Of a DNA stretch of 64,000 bases, positions 52,270-64,000 are shown one piece after another. A model generated the notes under the pieces. That model was not told the origin of the DNA. It was given only the letters and a program-made list of their open reading frames with translations, and did not search any database. A program made the translations under genes and the position numbers. The stretch comes from Octopus vulgaris (taxonomy: Eukaryota): contig OX597826.1 in assembly GCA_951406725.2 (NCBI GenBank), forward strand, positions 41,292,001-41,356,000. Direction: 5' to 3'. The first letter of the stretch is position 1; each line of letters begins with the position of its first letter.

Positions 52270-53696
52270 GCTGTCATTTTCCTCAAGTTCCTGGAATTCA
52301 TCAGCTTCCTTGCATTCCTCAGAGGAGTTGTTGTTTTCAGAATCAGATGTGTCATTATTGTTATATAAAAAAAATCATCTTCAGTGCCATCTAGGGTTCT
52401 GCTGATACCACATTTTTTGAAATCGTTTATAATTATTTCAGTGTTTTACTGCTTCCTGTGAATTTTTCACCCACTGGGCTACCTGAAAAAATGTTGGCTT
52501 CTTCATACAGCATGCTGGTGTCAGTTCATGTTGCAGGACCTGCATCCAGTTATCCCACTCCTCTCTCATGTGTCCCTTGAAAGACTTGTTTATCAAGGGG
52601 TTGTAATTGGAAAGTCAATCCACCAGGTATGACAGCTAGTTCTGTGTTGAAGTTCTTTGCCCTCCTTACTGTACTCTCAGTTGCATGTGCATGAAATTGG
52701 TCCCAAACTAGAAGGGATGGTGTTTTGCATAAAGTACCAGGGCGCCTTGACCGTACTTTTTCTAACAATAACTTTATGCCATTTTCGTCCATCCACCCCT
52801 TAGGGTGGATGTGAAGAACAACTCCTGTTGGAAAATGGTCCTTTGAAAGTGATTTTCTTTTAAATATTAAAAGTGGTAGTAGTTTCGTGCCATCTGCGCA
52901 ACATGCCAATATTATGGTGTGTTGTATTTTTCATGTCCTGTTTTAATAGTAACTGTTTTACTACCTTTATAGTCCTGTTTGAGGGAATATCAAATATCAG
53001 TAGCACCTTGTCCATATTTGCAATATGACACAGTTCGTAGTTACTGTGTTGTCTTGCATGTATCACAGGACAGTGAAATTCCAGTATCTTGTTTCCATAT
53101 TCTTCTGGCATTTTCTGCACTATCCTTGTTTTCACACACAACACCAATTCGTTTCTTTTCATGAAACGAAAACACCGGCTTGCACAGCTACTGAAATCAT
53201 AATCACCTCTTGCAGCTGCCGTAACTTCAGCTTGAAAAATTATGGCTTTGGTTGACACAACTATACCTTTGTTCTGGTTATCTGTAACCCAGGTTTTCAA
53301 CTCATTTTCAAGCTCAGGTCATTTGCATTTGGTTTCCACAGGTCATGGCTTCCATTTTTCAGCCTGTTGTTGTTCATCCTCCTATTTTCTCTATATCCGT
53401 ACCATTTTATCCATTGGACGTGGTCCAAAATGTCTAGCAGCCACTCTGTTACTGTGTTTCTTGGCATATGCTATCACTTGCAATTTGTAGCCAATAGTTT
53501 ATCTATGCCTTTTCTTGTGACTACATTCTATTAGGGTATTGATAATTTGAAAATTTAAAAAAGTGAATATTAGTAACATAAAGTGGGGGGCAAAAGGTAT
53601 TGTTATACACTATTACCATACAGTAATCTAGAAATATGTTTGTTCACTTCACTGAATGATAATATTTGCCCCATTATATGTTACTGATATTTACGG
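52270..53696 (-). pseudogene. Decayed pogo-family (POGK-like) DDE transposase: Brinker-type DBD, HTH_CENPB, DDE_1
   Basis: YKLQVIAYAKKHSNRVAARHFG; PELENELKTWV; IANMDK; ACCADGTKLLPLLIFKRK; KGWMDE; LLVWDQFHAH; IPGGLTFQLQPLD; FKKCGIS..LDGTEDD. Multiple stops and frameshifts. TA-CCGTAAAT terminus at 53696. Confidence 0.9.
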
Positions 53697-55569
53697 TAAT
53701 TCTGATTGAACAGATAGGGAATAGCAATGTGCTCCCCCAAGGAGGTCCTTGTTCAAAGTGGTGATATTGTCAGCTTTGGCTGGCTGCTCACTGCAACTGC
53801 GCATATACTTTGTCAGTGCCAGACTCAGTCGGTACTACCAAAACAAAGAATGTCCATGAGATGGTTACAACGGAGAGACAATTGTTCTGTTTTGTTTGTG
53901 TTTGATAGAATTGAAGTGTTTTGTGCTTCATTGAAGATTTGTTATATTTATACGATATTGTTACTTGTTGAACAGGAAATATAGCAATGGTTACTGGTTG
54001 AAAATCTATAAACACCTATGATAATGAGTGGTTTGCCTCTCCACAGCCAGTAGTTTGATGAATTATCACAGTCACTTATGGAACATTCCATATTTAACCT
54101 ATTATGGCATTCTGGTAGTTTCAGAATTTATCATCAGTTTGTATGGCTTTGGCTAAGCATTTCATGGAAGAAATACCTTCAGAAGTTGAACTCACAACTT
54201 TAGTTTTATCAAGGTCGCATTAGATATTGATGTTATTCACATTGCTAATTAGAGCTGCTGAGCTCTGTTCCTTTAAGCAATGCATGCATCTGCAGAAGTT
54301 TCCAGATATTTCAAAGTAATTACTGATATTAAATAACAGTTGTTTAACAAAATATGGCAATACTTTCAGTTCTGAAACTGAATTTCTCCGAGAAGCCAGA
54401 ACAAAAACTTGTTTATTTATACCACATATCATACTGAAAGCACTCATACTCCATTAGTAACCATCCTTACCCTCTTTGTCTGTTTTGGTATATATATATA
54501 TATATTTTGAGTACATAATGTCATTTCCTCTAAGTTATAATGTTCTCTCGAAGTAATGGTTTCATTCTATAGAGTAATTTTATTTCTTTTGAAATAACAC
54601 TCAGTAAATTTTTTGACTCTCTACTTGGTTATTGTCTGCTTGTATATGTCACTATTTTCATTCTCTTTAAGCTGTTCTTTTATTTTCCCATTTCTTAAAT
54701 CCATTTGCAGTTTACTCATTGCTGAATGCTAACCTCTCAGTCCTCTATTCGTAATGTGACTATAGCATAAGCAAGTAAATAAGAACCAAGAAGGTACAAA
54801 TTTATGTCTTTTACTTATACCCATTGTCCTGAGATTTGGTAAGAAATCTTGATATTCACCCCAAACTTTGACTTGGTAAGGCCATGACAGTAGAAGTGCT
54901 TCTTTGATCAGAAGAATTTGGTTCCAAATTAGTTACCAATTTTGATGATAATGTTTCCTCTGTAGCAAATTAACTAATAATTCTATTATTTAGATTATGA
55001 ATTAGTTTACTATATTCAATAATAAACAGCCTAATTATAATAGTGAACAACTAAGATCTTCTCATTGTGCTAGGTTAGTCCATACAGTCAGTGATTTGCA
55101 AAGTAATTGAATAGTTAAAGGACATCGATATTATGTTTAAAACATTCCTAAGTAACATGTTTACAGCAACTATAAACATTTTTTGGTGAATAACTTATTT
55201 AACACTTTGAAGTAAGTGACTGCATAACTGAGTAATGATGAATCCAAGGAAGGATTTGGGTAATAATTTCAAACTAATACATATTTGAATGAATTAGATA
55301 CTAGACTGCTAAAATAAATATATAGCAACAACAATATCAGTTATAATTCTTGTATTGCTACTTCTATTATTATATAATAGAAATATCCATTAATCTTGTG
55401 AGACCGTGGTTCTGTGCTTGGAAAGTCTTGCTTTGGTCTCATTGGCAGAGCGCTATCTGCTGTGACTATATACATCATTGTGTATATAGTCTTGGCTGCA
55501 GTGACTGCACTTGAAGGTGCATTCTGCTAGTCTTGTTTTGGTGTTGTGTTTTTCCATCAAATTTGCTTT

Positions 55570-55900
55570 TCTTCATTAGTAAACTTCAACCTCAACCTCT
55601 CCTCTGCCCTTTTTAAACTTGTGTCCAATTCCATCTCTAGTAGGAATCATCACCAGCAATGTCCTTCCACTTTTCATTATTTGTGGAAAGAGATTTCATG
55701 TGACTCTTGCAGACATCTTTGAAACAAAGACGTTGTCTTTGTATTCTCATACCAGAAGCCAGTTCACCGTACAAAAAGGTCTCTTGGGATCTTTCTTTCG
55801 GATATCTGTTGTATCTGGCCCAACCAGTGGAGGTGTCCTTGTTTTGGTAGGATGAGGTGGCTGAGCATCTGCCAGAATTTCATTGGTAACTCAGTTTGTC
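55570..55900 (-). mobile_element. Old RTE C-terminal fragment
   Basis: LHWLGQI...LYGELASG...RLCFKDVCK (frameshifted). Confidence 0.6.
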
Positions 55901-57497
55901 CTTGTGATGTTTAGAATTCATCTTGGGCTGTGTAGACTGTCACTCCAGTCTGCAATAGATGTCCTTTGTGCTTTGTGTCTTTTGTAGGCACAGTCTGCTT
56001 GGTTCCTCTTGCTAGATTCCACCTTGCTCTCTAGTCTTGTCTAAACCTTTTTCCTGTCAGAAAAGGGTACAATCAGTCCTGTAGGTTCCTGTTTCCTTTT
56101 GTAGTGATGCAATGTTCACTTGAAGTTTTAGCAGTTTGTGGTTAATCACTGCAGTCTTTTGTATATCATTTGTCTTCAGGAGATTATCTCATAGTATTTA
56201 CATTCTAACCTGGATGATGGTTTCTTCTTTTGCCTTCATGTCATGCATGTTGCAGGCAGGTTCTATTTCTAAACTCCATGCATTCAGTGAGGCAGGTGGA
56301 CTGGTAGGACAGCACCTAATTGGTTGGGATTTGTCCAACTTACTTCCATTTGTTATAGAATGAAGGGCATGAAAAAACATATTTTGCTATAATATGGGAC
56401 CATAATTTTCACAAAAAATGTTTAAGAAATAAGAGCATCTAGTCATTAATTTAAATAGTCATATTGTTTCTTTTCAAATTTATATTATTGCGAACAGAGT
56501 AAAAAAAATGTAAAATTTGCATTTACATTTAGAGGTCTTGTTGGTTGTCCTTCCTGGCAATGGGAAGCACAAAAAAAAAAATAATAAATGCTGAAGTTGT
56601 TTGGTCTGAAGCATTGGCAGATCTCTTGAGACTAGCTTCTCATTCTTTTCCTTTTTTTTTTTTTACTTTTGCTATGATCACATTGTGGCATTCAAAATTT
56701 CAAATATCACTTATAATTGTTGTGGCTGCAGGCTGGTAATTAATTGCTACAAATGAATTAGAAATAAACCAGAAATGCCAACAGAATGTAAATCTGTTTT
56801 GTAACTGTGAGTTTGACATGGTTTTTATAACAATTATAACCAAAACAATACAATATTTTTCAACTGATTTCACCCAGATCAATATTTTCTGTTGATTATT
56901 ATTGGAAAAAATAAGTCATTATTGCAAAATAATTATTTAATTTCAAAAGTTCCTTTTCATATCAAGCAAATTTACAAAATAATGACATTGTTTGTCCCTT
57001 TCAGCTTCCACGACAAAAGGTTGAGTGAGCAATGGCTTCTGTTGTCTCCTTCCCCACATCAGTTCTCAATTCAGGTGTCCTTTGCCCTTTCTGGTGCTCA
57101 CAAAATGTCCCTTCTGCCAAAAGACTGATCTTCTCTTCATCTACTTGAGTTCTGCATCCACTTTCCATGCTGGCACTTTTTGGCACAATTGCTGTGGTCT
57201 AAGCGACCTCCCAAACATTAGCTACTTGCATTTGTCTTTTGAGTTTGTTTCTACAGCTGAATGATCTTCCTAATGCCAACCTCTTTCTAGAGTATACTGG
57301 TAGAAACTATTATTATTGTGTGTCTTGCAAGGTTATTTTTTGTGGCAGTGAAGGGGTGGGGGTGGGAGGTGTTGTATGTAAAGCTGTGAACCATGGTATG
57401 ATTTGTATGTTTGTTTTGTTCAGGTTAGTTTATTTTTCTCATATTATGTAATTCACTATTATTGGGGGGTCTTTCTGTTTTATAATAATTATTATCA

Positions 57498-57884
57498 GGA
57501 GTGGCTGTGTGGTAAGTAGCTTGTTTACCAACCACATGGTTCCGGGTTCAGTCCCACTGCGTGGCACCTTGGGCAAGTGTCTTCTACTATAGCCTTGGGC
57601 CGACCAAAGCCTTGTGAGTGGATTTGGTAGACGGAAACTGAAAGAAGCCCGTCATATATATGTATATATATATATATGCGTGTGTGTGTTTGTCCCCCTA
57701 GCATTGCTTGACAACTGATGCTGGTGTGTTTATGTCCCCGTTACTTAGCCGTTTGGCAAAAGAGACCGATAGAATAAGTACTGGACTTACAAAAGAATAA
57801 GTCCCGAGTCGAGTTGTTCGATTAAAGGCGGTGCTCCAGCATGGCCGCAGTCAAATGACTGAAACAAGTAAAAGAGTAAAGAGT
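57498..57884 (+). mobile_element. Full-length young tRNA-derived SINE with CORE-like segment and internal microsatellite
   Basis: A-box-like GTGGCTGTGTGG, B-box-like GGTTCAGTCCC, CCTTGGGCAAGT, (TA)(TG) tract, tail TGACTGAAACAAGTAAAAGAGTAAAGAG. Confidence 0.88.
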
Positions 57885-58804
57885 ATTAATCATACTTAAT
57901 ATTAATTATTATCATTAAAGTGTCGGACAAAATACCTTGCAGTATTTGTTCTGATTCTTTATATTTCAGAGTTCAAATCCTGCCAAGGTGAACATTGCTT
58001 TTCATTCTTTCAGGCTCTATAAAATAATACCAGTTATTTACTGGGGTCAATTTAATCAACTAACCTCACTCTCTCTCTCCAAATTTCTGGCTTTGTACCT
58101 ATGTTAGAAACGATTTTTTTTATAGCTGTTATTGGGAAATCATTTTATAATCAAGTCCCCCTCACTGCCTACACCATTCCTCCAAATAACCAAATTCTTA
58201 CCTGCTTCTTACTTGTTAAGAAACTTTTAAAATCCAAAATTCTTTTGTCTGTTTTCCTTTGTCGTGACAGACTAGCTTTTTCTACACTCAGACATATAGT
58301 GCTCTCTCTCTCTCTCTCCAATGTAATACATTACATAGCTGTCTCTCTACTAATCAGTAGATGTCTGTCTCTCTTTCTTCTTCTCTGTCTGTTTGTCTTT
58401 CTCTGTTTCTCAAATCAACAACTTGTGTATAAATCCACTGATATTGTCTTTTCATTTATACTTGTTATTATATAAGACAATATAAATTGTTTATTTTATC
58501 TATGGCCATTGAAAATTTGAAAAAATAAATGTTTATAAATCCTATCTTTAGAATATTTGTGTTTAACTTCTTTTAAAACAGTCTGTATGACTGTTAAGTG
58601 TTGCTTTTTGTCACAGATTAGCTCTAATCTTACAGATTACAGAGAGCTGTAATCAAAAATATTCCAACCAAAACCAACCTGTCTTTCAAGAGTCTATTGG
58701 ACTAAATTATCTCATAGATCTTGATTGAGCAACTGGAATTTCTCCTTACATTTTGTTTTTTTTTATCAACCAGGTAATGTAGAAAAGTTTTGTAGCCAAT
58801 GTTG

Positions 58805-59169
58805 GGATCTTTTCAGTTTGAACGGCAGTTTTTAACATAATTTCTAGGTAACTAAAAAATGTTAAACTTCGTATACTGGTAGAATGTGTTTATAAAACAT
58901 CTTTTTCTCTTGGCTTTATTGAGAAAATTCTATAGCTTGTAAGATATTTTTTTTTTTTCTTCAATTTCTGCAATTTCAACCAATCATGTCCATTGAGGTA
59001 AAAAACATTCTGTGCCGTATGAATATGTCCCTCATTTAAGAAACAGATTGCCCTAACCCTAACCCTAAAATAGATTGAAATGCAATAGATCGATAATAGG
59101 GTCATAATTATGGGTGACAATTTCATATGACACTGCTAGAAAAAACTGCCGTTCAAACCGAAAAGATCC
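58805..59169. mobile_element. Merlin-like MITE with telomere-type repeats
   Basis: ~28-bp TIR GGATCTTTTCAGTTTGAACGGCAGTTTT. 8-bp TSD CAATGTTG (58797-58804, 59170-59177). GG termini. (CCCTAA)3 at ~59051. Confidence 0.85.
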
Positions 59170-59852
59170 CAATGTTGTGTATCATCATCATCATCATCAT
59201 CATCATCACCATCATTATTATCATTTCTATATCATCACCATAATTTTCGTCATCATTGTCATCATCATTGACAGCTACAAAGGCTTAAGGAGACACAGTG
59301 TGGCTCCAAAATGAAGTATTTCAGCAAAGGTTGTTCTGGATAAGATTTCATTGGATAAAATGCCTTTTTTACCAAGTCGCATAAGCACATTGAATACAGT
59401 CGTATGCCAGAAATAGCAGTCGAACTGCAGAAATAGCAGTTGAACCGCAGAAGTATCAGTCGAACATCCTAACATGTTAAATAGAGAAGGCTGCATAGTA
59501 AATAGGAATGAGATGGTGACAGCCAGAAATAAATGTGATTATGTGTCAGTCCTTTGATTACAGCTGATCTGGAAGTTAATAAATATAGACTCTATATTTC
59601 TAGTGATTCTACTACAAGAAACAATAAAAAAGGAGAAAATAATAGTAATATTATATAAACGTTTGGAAAAGCCTTTCAGCAATGCTGAGTAAGAAGTTGA
59701 TAAAATATTGAGGTGATGTCAATAAATGAAAACAGAGAAACAATATTGCATTACTTTACATAGGCTAGATAATGATGCAATAATATTTCGGGAAATATTC
59801 CTCTTTTCAAATAGAAGAAAGAAAATAGAGTTTGCAGAAATATGTATGTATG

Positions 59853-60023
59853 AAATTAGTGTACATTTAAACTTAAGAGAGGCATCCTTTAACAGGCAGC
59901 CTTATTTTTCATTCCCTTCGAAATTGCTCTTAAATGTGGTTTTGGTAGTTTTGACTGCTTCTTCTAGCGTGTAAGGCTGCCTGTTAAAGGTCGCCTCTCT
60001 TGTGTTTAAATGTACACTAATTT
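59853..60023. repeat. Inverted repeat with 52-bp arms (fold-back MITE-like)
   Basis: 59853-59904 is the reverse complement of 59972-60023 with about 4 mismatches. Confidence 0.85.
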
Positions 60024-60136
60024 TATATGGAGAATATGTTGTCTTTTGACTTTTTATACATGCTAGGCCAATGGTAGTGAAATTTCTAAAAAAAACCCAA
60101 AAAAACTCGCTACCCTGTATATTTTACGTATATGTA

Positions 60137-60170
<34 letters not shown>

Positions 60171-60232
60171 AATGTATATATATATATGTGTGTGTGTGTA
60201 TATATATAAATATATGTATGTATGTATATATA

Positions 60233-60264
<32 letters not shown>

Positions 60265-61159
60265 CAGACACACACATATACATACATGGCACAAATAAAA
60301 CGGCTAAGGACACGCTTGTTAAATAATTTATAAGCCGTAAAAATCATTGAACTAATGTACCATTATAGTGTGTGTGTGAGTGAGTGACACACGCACGTAT
60401 GTATGTATGTATAGACACATCTCTTTCTGTACATCTATATATAATACATGTACACATTCTACTCAATGCTTTTGTTCAGTATCTGTATGTAAGATATGGT
60501 CGGTGGAAATTGTGTGTGTGTGCATGTAGCATGCGCGTGCTCGACGTGTGTCTGTCGACTGGTTGTCTTTTGTCTGTCGTCTGCCGTCCTCCATTTCTTG
60601 TAATGTCGGCGGACTGGTAGAGACGAGTGAAGTGAAATAGTGATGGCCAGGAAGTCAGTGATTAACTGTCGGCAATGATTCGGCTGGAATGGCGGTTAAT
60701 TGCTCTCCAATAGTATTTGGTTGCATGCTTAATAAACAGGAAACGGCGGTGGTTTTCACGAGGAGCAATAGGAGATGGCTGACTGAGTTGATGTTGATGG
60801 GGGTGAAGGTGGTGGTTTAGTATGATGGTAATGCACTGGTGACGATGGTGGTGACAAGGTTTTAGAAATTATTTATTGAAATATTTCGCGCAAATGGTGG
60901 AAAATAGCGCCGTTGGTCACAGATTTCCGACGGGCAACTCAATCGCTCCTTAAATTTCTGACGGCCAGAGTGACAAGGGAGTCAACAATTACTTCAAGGA
61001 ATTTCATTTGTAAAGTATCGCTTTTTAGGGCCGATATCCATCAGTCACACACACACACACACACACTGAGTGTAATGTAAAAGTCGGTACAACTATTTTT
61101 TGTTAATTGTCAAAAGTCATTCAAATTACACATGTTGGTGACTTAGCTCTTCTGCCATA

Positions 61160-61540
61160 CAAAAAGTTACTGCTCAACTCTGTCTCCATTACAAGTGATG
61201 CATCTGCTCCATCGTTAAACCCAACTCTTGAGAATTCTCTTTGAAAAAAATAAATAAATAAAATAAAATGTTGCAGTCAGTTCTTTACGGTCTGTGTCAT
61301 TAAGTCGTTGTCCCTTAAGACTGCTCTTCATTAGACCGAACAGGTGAAAATCGACGGCTTCCAGATTCAGTAATACGGTGGATGGGAAACTCATTGATCA
61401 GCTCAATTTGCCGATTACCTGATTTGTTGCCAAATATGTGTCTCGCACAATGCCATAGTGACTGTGGATCATGTCAGATTTTTGTTTGGTCTGTTCCTTC
61501 TAACGGATTCGCTCAATTTTCAACTCGCTATTCATAATAC
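61160..61540 (-). mobile_element. Decayed mariner transposase 3' part
   Basis: HPPY..L...DFHLFGLMKSSLKGQR and RWSRCITCNGD, resembling the mariner YSPDLAP.D motif and C-terminus. Confidence 0.65.
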
Positions 61541-62589
61541 AATAACGTTCTAGAAAATTTAAAGAAAATGACGTCCTTGTCGTCTACCCAAGCAAAAAAA
61601 AAAAAACAAAAGCAAAAAAAAAAAAAACAAACAAAAAAAAACAGTCACCATGGCTTTTTGTGCTGATTGCTGGGTCTTGAACTTCTTAGGCGTTAAAAAG
61701 ATGAGCAACAGTAGCATTGTGTGTGTATGATGGGTGTTATCCGCCTGTGCGGCGATTTTATGGGGGAAACACTTTCAGATCTGCTGTATAGCGGCAGCAA
61801 ACTCAAGGCTGCCCCAGTCGGTTCATAACCTAGCTATGCTACTGAAGATTGTTGTTGTTATTTAACTCTTAGTTGGCTCTGATCCAGCAGACCATTAAGC
61901 GCATGCGTGATCGTGTATGAAGAAATTCGCCTCGCAGTTATGTGGTTTTAGGATCGCTTCCACTGCGTGACACCTTAGATACGAGTCCTCTATTTTGCTC
62001 ACACCTACCCGAAAGACTAATAAATGAAATTTGGACGAGGGTACTCTGGCCATTCTAAGGCGGCAGACATGATATGCTTGGCAGACGTAATTCCACCATC
62101 TGACTCCACCCCTCCACTTTCCAACAGTAATTGTCTTTAGGGAAGTCCCTTTTGTTGCTAACGCTGAGGACTAAGCCTTCGAATCATGGGAACTTTCATT
62201 CCTCTAATAAACCCATCAAAAATAAAGACATTCCAGTCGTGACCATCTCGTCTTTGTTTTTAGATTCATCCTTCCCTTCAAATATGTTGCTCGTTTGTAT
62301 TTTACCAATGACATGAAAAATGTTGCTTCCAGTACGATTTGAACTTAGAGCGTTAACGAACGTAGCTAAATGCTATCGCCACGTACATTTCATCTGACAT
62401 TGTATCGTTGCTGCCACGCCATAACTCAAAATATTGAATACAAGACTAACAACAGCAACATACGCCCAGATAACATACAAGTGATATACAAAATACACCC
62501 AAGAACAGCCGATAAGTGAGACATCATATCTAGTTGTAGGGTTAATATTTTGAGAGAGAAAATTTAAACAAACAAGGAATACAATCTTT

Positions 62590-63156
62590 TCTACTCTAGG
62601 CACATGGTCCGAAAATTTTTGCGGGAGGGGCTAGTCGATTAGATCGACCCCAGTACGCAACTGGTATTTAATTTATCGACCCCGAAAGGATGAAAGGCAA
62701 AGTCGACCTCGGCGGAATTTGAACTCAGAACATAAAGACAGACAAAACATCGTTACAAACGAGGAATATATATTTCTTTACTGCCCACAAGGGGCTAAAC
62801 ATAGAGGGGACAAACAAAGAGATTAAGTTGATTACATCGACCCCAGTATACAACTGGTACTTTATATATCGACCCCGAAAGGATGAAAGGCAAAGTCGAC
62901 CTCGGCGGAATTTGAACTCAGAACATAAAGACAGACAAAACATCGTTACAAACGAGGAATATATATTTCTTTACTGCCCACAAGGGGCTAAACATAGAGG
63001 GGACAAACAAAGAGATTAAGTTGATTACATCGACCCCAGTATACAACTGGTACTTTATATATCGACCCCGAAAGGATGAAAGGCAAAGTCGACCTCGGCG
63101 GAATTTGAACTCAGAACGTAAAGGCAGACGAAACATCGTTACAAACGAGGAATATA
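62590..63156 (-). repeat. Three tandem 5'-truncated SINE copies, 193-bp period
   Basis: TCGACCCCAGTA recurs at 62644, 62837 and 63030. Confidence 0.92.
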
Positions 63157-63461
63157 ATGTGAATAAAATGTGAATACACCTGCCCTCGTGATAGTTACTG
63201 ATATTGTAACATTGGCAACACGTGTTCTGATATTAGTGAACGTTTGTCATTGTATCTTTGAAGTGGTCTTACCAGGCGTACGTTTCTTAAGCGTAAAAGA
63301 AAAGAAAGATCTCGTGTATGTTTATATGTGTATGTCTGTTGTGTTGTGTTGAGTGTGAGTGTGTGTGTGTTTGTGTGTCTAGTGTTTCGTTAGTTGTTTA
63401 GTTCTGTATTCATGTACTTCTGCGAGCAAGTCGTAACAAACTTACATTCCTATTTATTAAT

Positions 63462-63477
63462 TCACACACACGCACAC

Positions 63478-63559
<82 letters not shown>

Positions 63560-63585
63560 AGACACACAGACACACACGCGCGCGC

Positions 63586-63671
<86 letters not shown>

Positions 63672-63728
63672 GCTCGAACCTACGGACGCACACACGCACC
63701 TACGGACGTACTTACGCACGCGCGCGCG
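63462..63728. repeat. Long (CA)n/(CG)n microsatellite
   Basis: Read directly. The alternating purine-pyrimidine tract is Z-DNA prone. Confidence 0.95.
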
Positions 63729-64000
63729 TCTGGAGAGAGAAAGAGTTTCTAAACCCCCCCCAAAAAAAAGTTATGAATACTCGAAGCAGCAGCTGCTGCA
63801 GTACATATGGCCATTTGCATCTGCTTCTTTGCGGGGTAGTCTTATGTACACAAGTGTCTGATAAATACTTTGTTCAGATGAGGTTTAATTAAAACTCTTA
63901 ACCCCTCTTGTACTTCTGACAACCACAACAGTTCTCCCCTCCCATTAGTAACCTACTGCCTGTTCACCACTCTTCATACAGCAATGTGTTGATTTAACGA

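Noticed and set aside
52550-53300. Domesticated transposase gene
   Set aside because: Multiple in-frame stops and frameshifts.
57498-57570. tRNA gene
   Set aside because: A/B-box-like head without a convincing cloverleaf, continuous with a multicopy SINE body.
63394-63861. His/Thr- and Cys/Val-rich ORFs (also near 15125-15488 and 60063-60347)
   Set aside because: Translations of dinucleotide microsatellites.

Overview
AT-rich, repeat-dense animal genomic DNA. The SINE/RTE families and microsatellite load suggest an octopod cephalopod (inference). Two housekeeping genes lie head-to-head. GTF2H1 (TFIIH p62, - strand) shows 4 coding exons and runs off the left edge. UCKL1 (uridine-cytidine kinase-like 1, + strand) is complete: 14 coding exons, 17875-47402, 534 aa, all GT-AG with consistent phases. 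A CpG-retaining, probably bidirectional promoter lies near 15.6-16.0 kb. Introns and the right-hand ~16 kb are filled with RTE-clade LINE pieces (one young copy has a PHD-type finger inside the RT and a 3'UTR minisatellite), tRNA-derived SINEs, MITEs, and pogo, mariner and Helitron remnants. The most unusual signals are (i) a cluster of Penelope-type hammerhead-ribozyme motifs and long fold-back hairpins inside (TA)n tracts, (ii) UCKL1 codons at conserved positions that are one A-to-I edit from the family residue, and (iii) several sequence-level repair or recombination signatures. All alignments and folds were done by eye; no database search was run.
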